Origin: Nitrospinales bacterium
Lineage (GTDB): Bacteria > Nitrospinota > Nitrospinia > Nitrospinales > VA-1
Direction: 5' to 3'
NCBI GenBank assembly: GCA_965262115.1
Contig: OZ253496.1
Location: 2,560,001 to 2,624,000 of the forward strand
Length of the DNA: 64,000 nucleotides
Shown piece after piece: positions 21,181-31,381 of the stretch (its first letter is position 1; each line of letters starts with the position of its first letter). The translations under genes were made by a program, and so were the position numbers. The notes beneath the pieces are model-generated. The model did no database searches and was not told the DNA's origin. It saw only the letters and a program-made list of their open reading frames with translations.

Positions 21181-22242
21181 TCAAACTCCCTGATTTTCAG
21201 AAATTAACTTGGAAACCATTTTTGCAGTATGGTTCACAATAGAAATAATACGTTTGTAGTCCATTCTTTTGGAACCGAAAACAGCCAGTGTGCCAAAATT
21301 GTTTTGCCTCAACTGATAATTTTGCGCGATCAAACTGCAGTCCCCCATTTCTTCCTGCAGGTTTTCCTCGCCGATCAATATGGTCATTCCATCATGGTGC
21401 AGACAAAGGTCGAGCAAGTTGATCAACTTGGTTTTCTCTTCAAGCGTCACCAGAAGAGCTTTGATTTTGCTGATATCTTTGGTGAACTCAGGTTGGTCGA
21501 GAAAATTTAAGGAGCCTTCCACAATCAGTTCGTTATCTTCCTTTTGTTCCGCAAACAGGGCCGAGGAAAGGGCATGGGCTTTTCTGGCAAGGTTATTATA
21601 GTGTTCCTTTTCAAGCTTCAACCGTTTCAGCAATTCCCGTCGGATCCACTGGATCGGTTTTCCACTGAACTCACTATTCAGGTAATTAGAAATAGAGGTC
21701 AGTTGATCCTGGGTCATATCAGAATCAATGGGCAGCACTTTGTTTTGCAGAATGCCTTGTTCGGAGAAGAAGACGGCCAACGCCGCCTGAGGGCCCACTT
21801 TGGTAAATTCAATATGTTTGAAACAAGCGCTCGAAAAACTGGGCAGCATGACCAGCCCTGTTTGCTGGGAAACTGTAGACAGGTTTTCGCAGGCTTGCTC
21901 AAGCAGTCCTTGAAGATTTTGTTTGCCGAGTGGGTATTCTAGCTCATGGGTGTCCGACAGCACTTCGGCTTTCATTAAAAAGCTTTGCGGACGCAGGAGG
22001 TGGTTCACATAAAACCGGTAGCCTTTATCCGTGGGAATCCGACCCGCTGACGTATGCGGTTGGCTTAGAAAACCCTTTTCCTCTAAATCTGCCATCACGT
22101 TTCGGAGCGTGGCGGGACTGAGGTGTTCAGGGTGAATCTTGGCCACGGTGCGAGAACCCACCGGCTCGGCGGACTCGATATATTTATCGATGACCGCTAA
22201 AAGAACGACTTTGCTTCTTTCATCTAATAAAGATGAGTTCAT
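21181..22242 (-). CDS. hrcA: heat-inducible transcription repressor
   Basis: EPVGSRT, SPATLRNVMADLE, QPHTSAGRIPT. Confidence 0.97.
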   Translation of the reverse strand: MNSSLLDERSKVVLLAVIDKYIESAEPVGSRTVAKIHPEHLSPATLRNVMADLEEKGFLSQPHTSAGRIPTDKGYRFYVNHLLRPQSFLMKAEVLSDTHELEYPLGKQNLQGLLEQACENLSTVSQQTGLVMLPSFSSACFKHIEFTKVGPQAALAVFFSEQGILQNKVLPIDSDMTQDQLTSISNYLNSEFSGKPIQWIRRELLKRLKLEKEHYNNLARKAHALSSALFAEQKEDNELIVEGSLNFLDQPEFTKDISKIKALLVTLEEKTKLINLLDLCLHHDGMTILIGEENLQEEMGDCSLIAQNYQLRQNNFGTLAVFGSKRMDYKRIISIVNHTAKMVSKLISENQGV

Positions 22243-22290
22243 GGCATCAGGCGATGTTGAAAGGTTTTCGGAATCCTATCCACTCCAGCT

Positions 22291-22319
22291 AAACTATCAA
22301 TCAACAAAAATTTTGTCAA
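22291..22319 (-). promoter_or_regulatory. sigma70-type promoter of hrcA-grpE
   Basis: TTGACA-17-TAGTTT. Confidence 0.55.
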
Positions 22320-22472
22320 TATTTACCCACCCACTGCGTGGGTCTCATTGCAATAGCGTTAATAGGCTAGCAACGGGTTCTCTCGGCTTGTTATGACCCT
22401 CCTCAGCTCTCATACCCCGGAAGGGGTATAACGACTTGCCAGTTGCCTCCATGGCTAGCGGCCCTCTGGCGA

Positions 22473-22720
22473 GAGACCTTTGCATAACCCCGAGATTACC
22501 CCTGCGGGGCGCGAAGTTTAAGAAAAAATATCACGTCTTCGTCACGTTGTTCCTCAGAATGACAAAACAGCCCTTTATTGTCATGCTGAGCTAGTGATAT
22601 TTGACCTTTGAATTCATGCCCCGTAGGGGTATGTGATATCCTCTTCATTAAACTTCATGCCCCGTAGGGGTATCTCGAAGCATCTCGCTTTTCTGCTTTA
22701 TCGACTTACGCAAAGGTCTC
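22473..22720. mobile_element. MITE copy 2 with three nested 39-bp modules
   Basis: TIRs GAGACCTTTGCATAA / TTACGCAAAGGTCTC; 9-bp duplication CTCTGGCGA. Confidence 0.88.
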
Positions 22721-22816
22721 CTCTGGCGAGGGAGGCAATGAGCAAGGGCTCACTAAGCCGAGAACCGGGTTGCTAGCAGTAAAAGGTTGTTGTGCTGGCT
22801 CCACGCCTAGTGGTGG

Positions 22817-23722
22817 CTACGCCGGTTTCAGGTCTTTGGCTTTTTCCACGATCTGAGTTCCAATACCTTCCTCAGTAAAAATTTCCAGTAACAGGGCGTG
22901 CCGAACACGGCCGTCAATAATGTGGGTTTTGTGCACTCCGGACTTGAGAGCTTCCAGGCAACAATTGACTTTTGGCAGCATTCCATTGCGAATGACCTTG
23001 CTTCGGATCATATAAGAAGCCAGTTTTCGGGTAAGGCCGGATTGCAGTTTCCCGGATTTATTTTTGACTCCCTCGGTATCGGTCATTAAAACCAGTTTTT
23101 CCGCTTTCAGGGCTGAGGCGATTTGAGCGGCGACAAAGTCGGCGTTGATATTGAGTGTTTCCCCATTCTCCCCTTTGCCGATCGGTGCGATAACGGGGAT
23201 GAATTCATTCTGATCCAGGGTTTCCAGAATCCGCGGATTCACTTTAGTGATCTCGCCGACCAGTCCCAGGTCAATAATTTCCGGGCGATCTGTCTCCGGC
23301 GAATGCTTCACCCTTTTATGTCGTTTTGCCAGAATCAGGTCGCCGTCTTTGCCAGTGATGCCTACTGCACTGCCCCCCTGATGGTTGATCAGGGAAACAA
23401 TTTCCTTATTCACTTTTCCTCCAAGCACCATTTCCACCACGTCGATGGTTTCCTTGTTGGTGACACGTTGCCCTTCGACAAATTGCGATTTAATTCCCAG
23501 TGCCTTGAGAGTTTTGTCGATCTGCGGACCGCCACCGTGAACCACGACCGGGTTGATGCCGATGTATTTCATCATGACGATATCGAGGGCAAAGTTTTTC
23601 TTGAGATCGTCCGAAACCATGGCATTGCCACCGTATTTAATGACGATGGTTTTACTGTAGAAGCTCTTGATGTAAGGCAGAGCTTCTAAAAGGATTTCTG
23701 CTTTATGGATGAGTTTTTTCAT
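22817..23722 (-). CDS. argB: acetylglutamate kinase
   Basis: VIKYGGNAM, VHGGGPQI, NINAD, GMLPK. Confidence 0.97.
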   Translation of the reverse strand: MKKLIHKAEILLEALPYIKSFYSKTIVIKYGGNAMVSDDLKKNFALDIVMMKYIGINPVVVHGGGPQIDKTLKALGIKSQFVEGQRVTNKETIDVVEMVLGGKVNKEIVSLINHQGGSAVGITGKDGDLILAKRHKRVKHSPETDRPEIIDLGLVGEITKVNPRILETLDQNEFIPVIAPIGKGENGETLNINADFVAAQIASALKAEKLVLMTDTEGVKNKSGKLQSGLTRKLASYMIRSKVIRNGMLPKVNCCLEALKSGVHKTHIIDGRVRHALLLEIFTEEGIGTQIVEKAKDLKPA

Positions 23723-23749
23723 GGATAGTTTGTCTGCGGAGATTTTCCG

Positions 23750-25162
23750 CTAAAGGATGTAACGGCTCAGGTCTTCGTCTTGAATAATATCTTTCAGTTT
23801 TTCCTGGATATATTTGGCATCAATCGTTATATTTTTTTCTTCCATATCTGGTGCATTGAAAGAGATCTCTTCGAGAAACTTTTCCATGATGGTTTGCAGT
23901 CGCCGGGCACCGATGTTTTCCGTGCGCTGGTTAACCAGGGCGGACATTTCAGCAATCTGGTCGATGGCATCTTCCAGAAAACTCAGGTTGATCTGTTCCG
24001 TTTTCAGCAAGGCGGTGTATTGCTTGACCAAAGCGTTGTCGGGCTCTGTGAGAATGCGGGCAAAATCATCTTTAGTCAGGGAATCCAGTTCAACACGGAT
24101 AGGAAAACGGCCCTGAAATTCCGGGATCAGGTCCGAGGGCTTGGCGGAGTGAAACGCTCCCGCCGCAATGAAAAGGATGTGGTCGGTTTTCACGATGCCG
24201 TACTTGGTGTTCACCGACGAACCTTCAACGATAGGCAGAAGGTCACGTTGTACCCCTTCGCGCGAGACATCGGGTCCGCTGGTTCCACCCGACTGGCGGC
24301 CGATGATTTTGTCTACTTCATCGATGAAAATGATTCCATTTTGCTCGACACGCTTTAAGGTTTCCTGAATCACTATGTCCTGGTCGAGTAATTTTTCTGC
24401 TTCTTCCTGACAAAGAACCTTGAAAGCATCCGGAACCTTCAATTTTTTATTTTTGGTTTTCTGCGGCATGAGGGAGCCGAGCATGTCCTTAATGTTGTTG
24501 CCCATCTCCTCCATTCCGGCTCCGGAGTTCAGGTCAATGATTGAAGGGGTTTTATCCCGCACTTGGATTTCGACTTCACGATCATCGAGCTTGCCTTCCT
24601 TTAGCATCTGAGCAAACTTTTCACGAGTCTGCTCGTAATGCAGTTTGCCGTTTGTGTCGAGATTAAAGCCGGGTTTCCCCTGCAGTCCTGCGGGTGGAGG
24701 AAGAAGCAAATCCAGAAGCCTTTCTATGGCCTGCTCGTGGGCCTGTTCGCGAAAGGTGGTTTCCATTTCTTCTTTAACCATATTTTTCGATAATTCAACC
24801 AGATCCCGGACCATGGACTCGACATCGCGCCCGACATAACCTACTTCGGTGTATTTGGAAGCTTCGACTTTGATGAAAGGAGACTTGGAAAGCTTTGCCA
24901 GCCGCCGCGCGATTTCGGTCTTTCCTACTCCTGTCGGGCCGATCATGAGAATATTTTTGGGGCCTACTTCATCGCGAAGAGAGTCGGGAAGTTGTAGCCG
25001 ACGCCAGCGATTGCGCAGGGCAATGCCCACCGCTCGCTTGGCGTTGGTTTGCCCGACGATAAACTTGTCCAGTTCCTCAACAATTTGTTTTGGAGTCAAT
25101 GACGCCATGAACGTATCGTTAGTTTTCTGGGGTGTGGGTTCGGTTATTGCTGCATCATTCAT
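23750..25162 (-). CDS. hslU: HslUV protease ATPase subunit
   Basis: [30 protein letters not shown]. Confidence 0.98.
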   Translation of the reverse strand: MNDAAITEPTPQKTNDTFMASLTPKQIVEELDKFIVGQTNAKRAVGIALRNRWRRLQLPDSLRDEVGPKNILMIGPTGVGKTEIARRLAKLSKSPFIKVEASKYTEVGYVGRDVESMVRDLVELSKNMVKEEMETTFREQAHEQAIERLLDLLLPPPAGLQGKPGFNLDTNGKLHYEQTREKFAQMLKEGKLDDREVEIQVRDKTPSIIDLNSGAGMEEMGNNIKDMLGSLMPQKTKNKKLKVPDAFKVLCQEEAEKLLDQDIVIQETLKRVEQNGIIFIDEVDKIIGRQSGGTSGPDVSREGVQRDLLPIVEGSSVNTKYGIVKTDHILFIAAGAFHSAKPSDLIPEFQGRFPIRVELDSLTKDDFARILTEPDNALVKQYTALLKTEQINLSFLEDAIDQIAEMSALVNQRTENIGARRLQTIMEKFLEEISFNAPDMEEKNITIDAKYIQEKLKDIIQDEDLSRYIL

Positions 25163-25165
25163 GAA

Positions 25166-25693
25166 CTACAATTCCTCAATCGTTATATTAGAGTTGGTAT
25201 AAATGCAGATCGTCTCGGTGATCTTCATCGCTTCTTCGACGATTTGCCGTGCCGAAAGATCACTGTGTTGCACCAGTGCTTTGGCGGCGGCGGATGCGAA
25301 CATGCCCCCGGAACCGATCGCCAACACCCCGTCATCGGGTTCGATCACGTCCCCCGTTCCAGAAAGCAGGAGGGAGTGTTCCTTATCGATCACAATCAGC
25401 ATGGCCTCAAGCCGCCTCAGCATTTTATCAGTGCGCCAGTCTTTTGCCAGTTCCACTGCCGAGCGGGGCAGGTTGCCTTGGAACTTTTCAAGTTTTTCCT
25501 CAAACCGGGTAAACAGTGAAAACGCGTCTGCGGTGGACCCTGCAAAACCGCCAACCACATTATCGTGGTACATACGCCGGACCTTGCTGGCGGAATGTTT
25601 CATGATTGTGTTGCCCAGAGTGACCTGCCCGTCACCGCCGATGACGACCTGGCCCTTGTGGCGAACAGCGAGTATTGTGGTTGCGTGCATCAT
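25166..25693 (-). CDS. hslV: HslUV protease peptidase subunit
   Basis: TTILAV catalytic Thr, GDGQVT, AIGSGG. Confidence 0.98.
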   Translation of the reverse strand: MMHATTILAVRHKGQVVIGGDGQVTLGNTIMKHSASKVRRMYHDNVVGGFAGSTADAFSLFTRFEEKLEKFQGNLPRSAVELAKDWRTDKMLRRLEAMLIVIDKEHSLLLSGTGDVIEPDDGVLAIGSGGMFASAAAKALVQHSDLSARQIVEEAMKITETICIYTNSNITIEEL

Positions 25694-25737
25694 ATCGAAG
25701 TATTGTACTGGTATCAGGAAAAAAATGGAGGTTAATA

Positions 25738-26667
25738 TTATTCCAGCGCGGGTTTTTCTTTGGCGCGAGGATGTGCCTTGTCATAGGTTTCGGACAATCG
25801 ATCGAGCGTCAAATGCGTGTATTTTTGGGTGGTGGACAGGCTGGAATGACCCAACAATTCCTGAATGGACCGCAAATCTGCTCCGCCCTCCAATAGGTGG
25901 GTGGCAAAAGAATGCCGGATCGAATGAGGAGAAACCCCGCCGGCGAAGTTCCCCTGCTTGATATATTTTTCCACCACTTTACGCACTCCTCTTACAGTGA
26001 TAGCGGCTCCGCGATAATTCAAAAACAGTTGCTCCGTGCCAGGGCCAAGTTTGCGAACTTTATCCATTCGGGCGTTGAGATAGCTTTTCAGCACCTCAAC
26101 ACAAGGGCGTCCCATCGGCAGAAGACGTTCCTTGCCGCCTTTTCCCAGCACTTTGACCATGCGGGAGTCCAGGTTGATGTCCTCAAGGGTCAGCCCAACC
26201 AGTTCGCTGATACGCAGGCCGCAGCTGTAAAACAGTTCCAGCAGAGCCCGGTCGCGGACCACCAGGAACTCTTCGCCCGCGGGCAATTGCAAAAGGCGGA
26301 ACATTTCATCAACGGAAAAATAGGTCGGCAGTTTGTTCTGCATACGGGGAGCGGACACGGTTTTGGCGACATTGGTCTTTAAATATCCTTCACGACACAG
26401 GAACCGGAAAAACGAACTCAATGTGGAAAGCTTGCGTCGCATGGTGGTGCCTGAATAATTCTTCTCATAGAGATGACCCATGAATGAGCGTATCGCCAAC
26501 CGGTCTATTTTTTTGATTTGAATGGAGCGGGACTCAACAGCATGGCCGGATTGGATCAAAAATTCCTGAAACTGGGCGATATCATTGAGATAACCCTCCA
26601 GCGTGTTGGGAGAAGCATTTTTCTCCACCAGCAGGTAATTTTTGAATTCTGTTATGGCCTTTTCCAC
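25738..26667 (-). CDS. xerC: tyrosine recombinase XerC
   Basis: [23 protein letters not shown]; xerC-hslV-hslU synteny. Confidence 0.93.
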   Translation of the reverse strand: MEKAITEFKNYLLVEKNASPNTLEGYLNDIAQFQEFLIQSGHAVESRSIQIKKIDRLAIRSFMGHLYEKNYSGTTMRRKLSTLSSFFRFLCREGYLKTNVAKTVSAPRMQNKLPTYFSVDEMFRLLQLPAGEEFLVVRDRALLELFYSCGLRISELVGLTLEDINLDSRMVKVLGKGGKERLLPMGRPCVEVLKSYLNARMDKVRKLGPGTEQLFLNYRGAAITVRGVRKVVEKYIKQGNFAGGVSPHSIRHSFATHLLEGGADLRSIQELLGHSSLSTTQKYTHLTLDRLSETYDKAHPRAKEKPALE

Positions 26668-26832
26668 TTAATAACCCTTTATTTATCAATAGTATCAAAA
26701 TACCCGACCGCAGGGGGGAAGTCAAGTTGTGCCAGGTGATGTTTACTATTTGAAACTGTCAGGAATTGAGTTCATAATCCTTATAAACACATTTTGTCAA
26801 CCGCTGGCCCATAAACGGGTCGCTAAAAATAG

Positions 26833-27408
26833 ATGGTCATTATGTCTGATTTAACGAATCCGGAATTTGAAAGAGAAAGACAGCAAGCCGGCGAGGGATT
26901 CCGCAAGGTGTCCGAAATCCGCCAGAAGCTGGACATCCTTGCAGAACATATGGAGTCCAGGAAAGAGGCACTGGAAGAAGAAATTCAGGAACACCTGCAC
27001 GAGTCGCTGGCCAATGCGCGGGACTCGATGGAACGCATCGAGGAAAACATTGCGCCGAAAGTAGAAAAAGCCATCCGAACAAAGATGGAAGAAATCGACC
27101 GCAAGATGGCTCGCTTGAATGAAGAGGGACTCGAGGCGGTGCGGCTGGAACTGGTGAAGGCTACCCCGGAGATCACCAAAAAAATATTGCAAGATCTCGA
27201 CAAGCTGGTGGCGGAAAACACCAGTTTTGCGAAAATGGAAATTTTGAATGAGATTAGAGAAGAACTTAATAAATCTATTCAGTCAAAAATAGAGCCCATC
27301 AACAAAAAACTGGAAAAGGATTTGCCAGCGTCAAAAACTCTGGCAACTTCCGCGCTGGCCCTGGCGGGTGCGGCTTTAATGGGAGTGATCTGGTTGACAG
27401 TCAGGTGA
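26833..27408 (+). CDS. coiled-coil protein with C-terminal membrane anchor
   Basis: E/K-rich helical body, hydrophobic C-terminus. Confidence 0.7.
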   Translation: MVIMSDLTNPEFERERQQAGEGFRKVSEIRQKLDILAEHMESRKEALEEEIQEHLHESLANARDSMERIEENIAPKVEKAIRTKMEEIDRKMARLNEEGLEAVRLELVKATPEITKKILQDLDKLVAENTSFAKMEILNEIREELNKSIQSKIEPINKKLEKDLPASKTLATSALALAGAALMGVIWLTVR

Positions 27409-27568
27409 CCAGCCAGAACAGGAAAAAGAAAAGCACGCTGGAAAGAATCACCTGCCAGACGAAATTGAACCCTGGTCCGGTAAAAAGGATCAACACGGAG
27501 CAGACGCAGAGAATGACGAATGCCAGGATTAGCCGGGTGCGTTGTTTTAGGATCGGTTCCGGTTCCAT
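27401..27568 (-). CDS. small 2-TM membrane protein (55 aa)
   Basis: Manual: MEPEPILKQRTRLILAFVILCVCSV...FWLVT; directly follows the 27575 gene. Confidence 0.55.
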   Translation of the reverse strand: MEPEPILKQRTRLILAFVILCVCSVLILFTGPGFNFVWQVILSSVLFFFLFWLVT

Positions 27569-27574
27569 AAATTG

Positions 27575-28075
27575 TTAATCGCTTTTATCTTGCAGAAGCA
27601 GTTTTTTAATATCTTCAAGAGCCAGAATTTCTTCCGCTTCCAATAGCAGATTATCGACCGAAAATCCGCTTTCCAACTTTGCGGGTTCCTCGGGATCAGA
27701 ATCAATGCCCAGCCCGGGTGAAGACTCGAGATAGCTTTTGATTTCGTCCTGGCTGAATGTGTTGAGGATGGCTTTGGAGAAATCGGCCAAGAGAGACTCT
27801 AGATGTTTGACCTGCTCCAAAGGTCTGCTGTAATGCTCCTGAACCGTCAAGGTATAGCTCATCTTCAAGGCGCGCCCACCTTGGTTCAGAGGATGATCTT
27901 CAGACGCATCATCGTCGGAATACAAAAATTGAAGTTTCCGCCTTGCTTTTCTGAGCAGGCTGAAATTTAATCCAAACTTTTCTCCAATCAGGAAAGATAG
28001 GCCTGTATGTGTTCCTGCACGCTCAGCAATTTGTGATGCTTCCCTACAATATTCCTGAACCTGTTCGAGTTCCAT
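27575..28075 (-). CDS. hypothetical protein
   Basis: 166-aa ORF, plausible composition. Confidence 0.65.
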   Translation of the reverse strand: MELEQVQEYCREASQIAERAGTHTGLSFLIGEKFGLNFSLLRKARRKLQFLYSDDDASEDHPLNQGGRALKMSYTLTVQEHYSRPLEQVKHLESLLADFSKAILNTFSQDEIKSYLESSPGLGIDSDPEEPAKLESGFSVDNLLLEAEEILALEDIKKLLLQDKSD

Positions 28076-28254
28076 ATTCCGATTTTAAGTGGTGATTGTC
28101 GACGATGATATTATAGGCGTTAATGTTGACCATTATTCTTGTAATGGCGGCAGAAGTAAACACTTTAATCCCACAAGTGGGTTTTATTCCCCCACTCGGC
28201 GTGTGGCCAATAGGTCGATTCCCCTAAAGCAAACGGGTGTTTTTGCCCAAGGGC

Positions 28255-28884
28255 TTATTTTGCAGTTTGCCGTCCATACATTTTGGCGCATAGATAAGCC
28301 AGGAGCCGGGTTGCGGAGTGCAGGAAGGGCTCATTTCCTTTTACCGGTCGAACGTGGATAAAATGCATACCCGCATCAATGGCCCCGCCATCCGTTACAT
28401 AATTGTCCCCAATCATGCACACCTTGGCAGGGTCTTCCAATTGCAGAAAATCGGTCATGGCGATGTGGAATCCCTGTGGATCAGGTTTGGCGGGCACGTT
28501 GGTGACGACTTTGACCCCCATTTGCTCAAACGCTTGAAACCGGTCTTCCCAGGCATTGGTATAAATGGCTATTTTAAATCCGTTATTTAGCATGGCGCGC
28601 ACATGGTCCAGGATTGACAGTCTGAACTCTCTGGCGTGATGAGGGGCAAGAGTGCCGTCCGCATCGAGAAGAATCCCTTCCACACCTTGTTCCAGAAGCC
28701 GTTCGATGGGAACGTCCTCAAACCTTTTTACTTGCATGATGGTGTCCAAACGGGAAGGACTGAAGGGTAGAGAAAGAAACCGGGAAACTTTAGCCCAGGT
28801 CAGGCGTTCGCGTGGCGGAGAACCTCCGCTGACCAGCGTGACGCTGGACTCAAACTGCAATGGCTTTTTACTGCTATCAATCAT
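28255..28884 (-). CDS. HAD-IIIA (YqeG-like) phosphatase
   Basis: LLDADGTL, YTN, AKPDP, MIGDNYVTD; start uncertain. Confidence 0.8.
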   Translation of the reverse strand: MIDSSKKPLQFESSVTLVSGGSPPRERLTWAKVSRFLSLPFSPSRLDTIMQVKRFEDVPIERLLEQGVEGILLDADGTLAPHHAREFRLSILDHVRAMLNNGFKIAIYTNAWEDRFQAFEQMGVKVVTNVPAKPDPQGFHIAMTDFLQLEDPAKVCMIGDNYVTDGGAIDAGMHFIHVRPVKGNEPFLHSATRLLAYLCAKMYGRQTAK

Positions 28885-29027
28885 ACTCTCGGCTTTATGG
28901 GCCAGCGTGACGCTGGACTCAGAATGCGATAGTTTTTGCTGGCGAGCAAAGAGTTGTCTCGGCTTGTGATGACCTGCCTCAGCTCTCATGCCCCGGAAGG
29001 GTATAACGAGTTCTTGCTAGTTGTCCA

Positions 29028-29231
29028 CACGGCGAGTGCCGGTGAACCACCGGAGGCAGATAGTAGGAACTTTTTAAGCCGAGATTATTTTCTCTATTCG
29101 GAAGCGCTATGGCTATCTGCCCCCACGGCGAGTGCCGGTGAGCCACTGGAGGCAGATAGTAGGAACTTTTTAAGCCGAGATAATTTTCTCTATTCGGATA
29201 GCGCTATGGCTATCTGCCCCCACGGCGAGTG
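29028..29231. repeat. tandem repeat of a 96-97 bp hairpin-bearing unit (2.1 copies)
   Basis: CACGGCGAGTG at 29028, 29124, 29221; GCTATCTGCC..GGCAGATAG inverted repeat. Confidence 0.85.
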
Positions 29232-29416
29232 GCTTGGGGAGAATACCACAGTTTAGCGCAAACCCATTGTCTCTTGGGATAAAGAAAAAAAGGAAGAGTT
29301 TCACACGAGGGAGGCGAATAGCTATCGGAGGGGGTAGAAATGTTTTGCTCTGTCCCTTCGGGGCATGAAGTTTAAGGATGGTGATATCACAGCTGCTACC
29401 CCCGGTTAGTGGGTTG

Positions 29417-29815
29417 CTAGTTGAGTCCAGCGTCACGCTGACCAGTGTTACGCTGGGTATATTTATAGCCACACTCTTTTTGGTTGGAAATTGCAACCAT
29501 ACCATGAGACCGATCTTTCAAAGCTCTGGTTTCCGCTAAATCTGCCACATGGGAATCAGACACGGTTAATATTGCATTCAATATTCCGAGAGGGGGAAAG
29601 GCAAACCCCGCCGCCGAAAGAGCGGCATCTCTCAGGTCCTCCAAAGTTTTTATTTTTCTTTGAGCCCCTTCCAACTCGTTTTCAAGCGTCGAACAGGAGG
29701 CCTGGTCATCCGTGGACTGGGCAATATAAACCTTGCCCGCCGCACACCACGAAACCAAAAAACAAAGAACACCCACAACAAACAAACGTGCACAACGACG
29801 CATTTCTACTCCCAA
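29417..29815 (-). pseudogene. degraded exported/lipoprotein-like gene
   Basis: Signal-like N-terminus, SCSTLENEL...CGYKY; 3' end runs into repeats. Confidence 0.4.
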
Positions 29816-30177
29816 ACAACTTAATGTCGATAAATTTTAATAAAGAATTTGCCCTGAGAAGCAAACCAACAGATTGAGATTTAGGGCCCTAAAAAGGAGA
29901 AGGTGTGAAAATAACAGGGGATAATAAAGGGGACTTTAAATAACCGATTCTGGCTAATTAAGTATAACTCATTTCTCTTGAATAAGATACAAAAAGCCAC
30001 CAGGCGTGGGGCCAAGTGGCAGTGGCTCTTACTGGATTGTGAAAAGTTACCTTGGCCTGATGAGCGGATGTGTTTTGGTAGGGCTGGAGAAGAACAAGGG
30101 TGTGGCAATGTGGTTGCACGATGCGACCACGATCCTTATATTTATATAAACCCGCATTTTCAATACAGGGGGTTGCC

Positions 30178-30885
30178 ATGCCTACCACAATGCCCGAATC
30201 TATTGCCGACCAGATCATTGCCGACAAAATCAAAGAATGGGAGCAGAAAAAGCAAGAGCTGAAAGCTAAGAAAGATATTGAGGAAATAAAACTCCATCCA
30301 TTTCTGACCATTGCCCGAGATTTCGGGTGCAGGGAAGAGGAAATTATTCCCGACCTTGAAAAGTCTCTGGGATGGAAAGTGTATGGGCGCAACATGCTTG
30401 ACCACTTGGCGCGAAAGGAGAACCTCAGCCGTAGTTTCCTTGAAACCCTGGATGAACATCGGCAGAGTCTCATCGAAAACTGGATCAATTTTTTGATCCA
30501 TTCCGGGTCCATCATGCAAGATGATTACGTGGTAAAGATTTCCCGTCTGGTCAAGGTGATCGTTGCTCAAGAGAACGCCATTTTTCTGGGCCGGTGCATC
30601 AATTTCATCCTCGCAGACAAAAGGGAAGGTCTGCGTATTCGGTTGACGGCTCCGCTCATACAGAGGGTCAAAAATATTTCCCAGATCAGGAAAATCTCTG
30701 AGAAAGAAGCAGAGGATATGATTCAAAAAACCGATCAAGAACGGCGGAGTTTTACCAAACAAAATTTCAACAGAGATTTTGATTCTTACGATGGTTATGA
30801 CCTGGTGTTCAATACAATGAACTTCCCCAGCGAGAAAATAATCAAAACCATCTCCCTGTTTTTAATGCCTGATGGAAGGAGGTGA
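30178..30885 (+). CDS. cytidylate kinase-like family protein
   Basis: LTIARDFGC, IFLGRC, LRIRLTAP..RV, YDLVFNT. Confidence 0.8.
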   Translation: MPTTMPESIADQIIADKIKEWEQKKQELKAKKDIEEIKLHPFLTIARDFGCREEEIIPDLEKSLGWKVYGRNMLDHLARKENLSRSFLETLDEHRQSLIENWINFLIHSGSIMQDDYVVKISRLVKVIVAQENAIFLGRCINFILADKREGLRIRLTAPLIQRVKNISQIRKISEKEAEDMIQKTDQERRSFTKQNFNRDFDSYDGYDLVFNTMNFPSEKIIKTISLFLMPDGRR

Positions 30886-30890
30886 ACAGC

Positions 30891-31028
30891 ATGACAATCT
30901 GTCCCGTCGCCCTTGCGGTCGGATGCGAGAAATGCCCCATGTTCAAATTCTGCCCACTCACTACCGTGCTTGGCGACCAGAAAAAAGAACCGGAAGAAAA
31001 TAAAAAAGAAGAGCCCAGAAAAGAATAA
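30891..31028 (+). CDS. small Cys-rich protein (45 aa)
   Basis: AGGAGG RBS; MTICPVALAVGCEKCPMFKFCPLTTVLGD. Confidence 0.75.
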   Translation: MTICPVALAVGCEKCPMFKFCPLTTVLGDQKKEPEENKKEEPRKE

Positions 31029-31239
31029 CTGCCCAAGAGTAAAAACAGTTTCAAGCCTACAATTAAAAATACCGCCTCCACAAATAGGTATAGGCTCTTA
31101 ATCACCTGCTATTGAGTCAATCCCTCGTGGGGCTCTTCGTGAAATGTTTTTGGCCTCAACGCCAGGCTTTTCTTGAAGGCTTTTTCCTACAGTTGGTATT
31201 TTTTCATGCTTTTCTATTCAATCCCCAAGTGACACCAGT

Positions 31240-31347
31240 GGTTTGCAAAACTCTTGTTCATTTGAATGACAAAATAGCCTTTTATTGTCATGCTGAGCTT
31301 GTCGAAGCATCTCGCTTTTCTGTTTTATCGACTTATGCAAAGGTTTC
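31240..31347. mobile_element. partial MITE (one intact end, no nested module)
   Basis: GTCATGCTGAGCTTGTCGAAGCATCTCGC...TTATGCAAAGGTTTC. Confidence 0.65.
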
Positions 31348-31381
31348 GCTCTCCTAGTAAATAAACGATAACGACCTTGGT

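Noticed and set aside
25738..26667. Prophage or integron integrase
   Set aside because: Housekeeping xerC-hslVU-argB context; no phage genes or cassette array recognised.
29028..29231. CRISPR array
   Set aside because: Intervening sequences are near-identical, so this is a tandem duplication; no cas genes.
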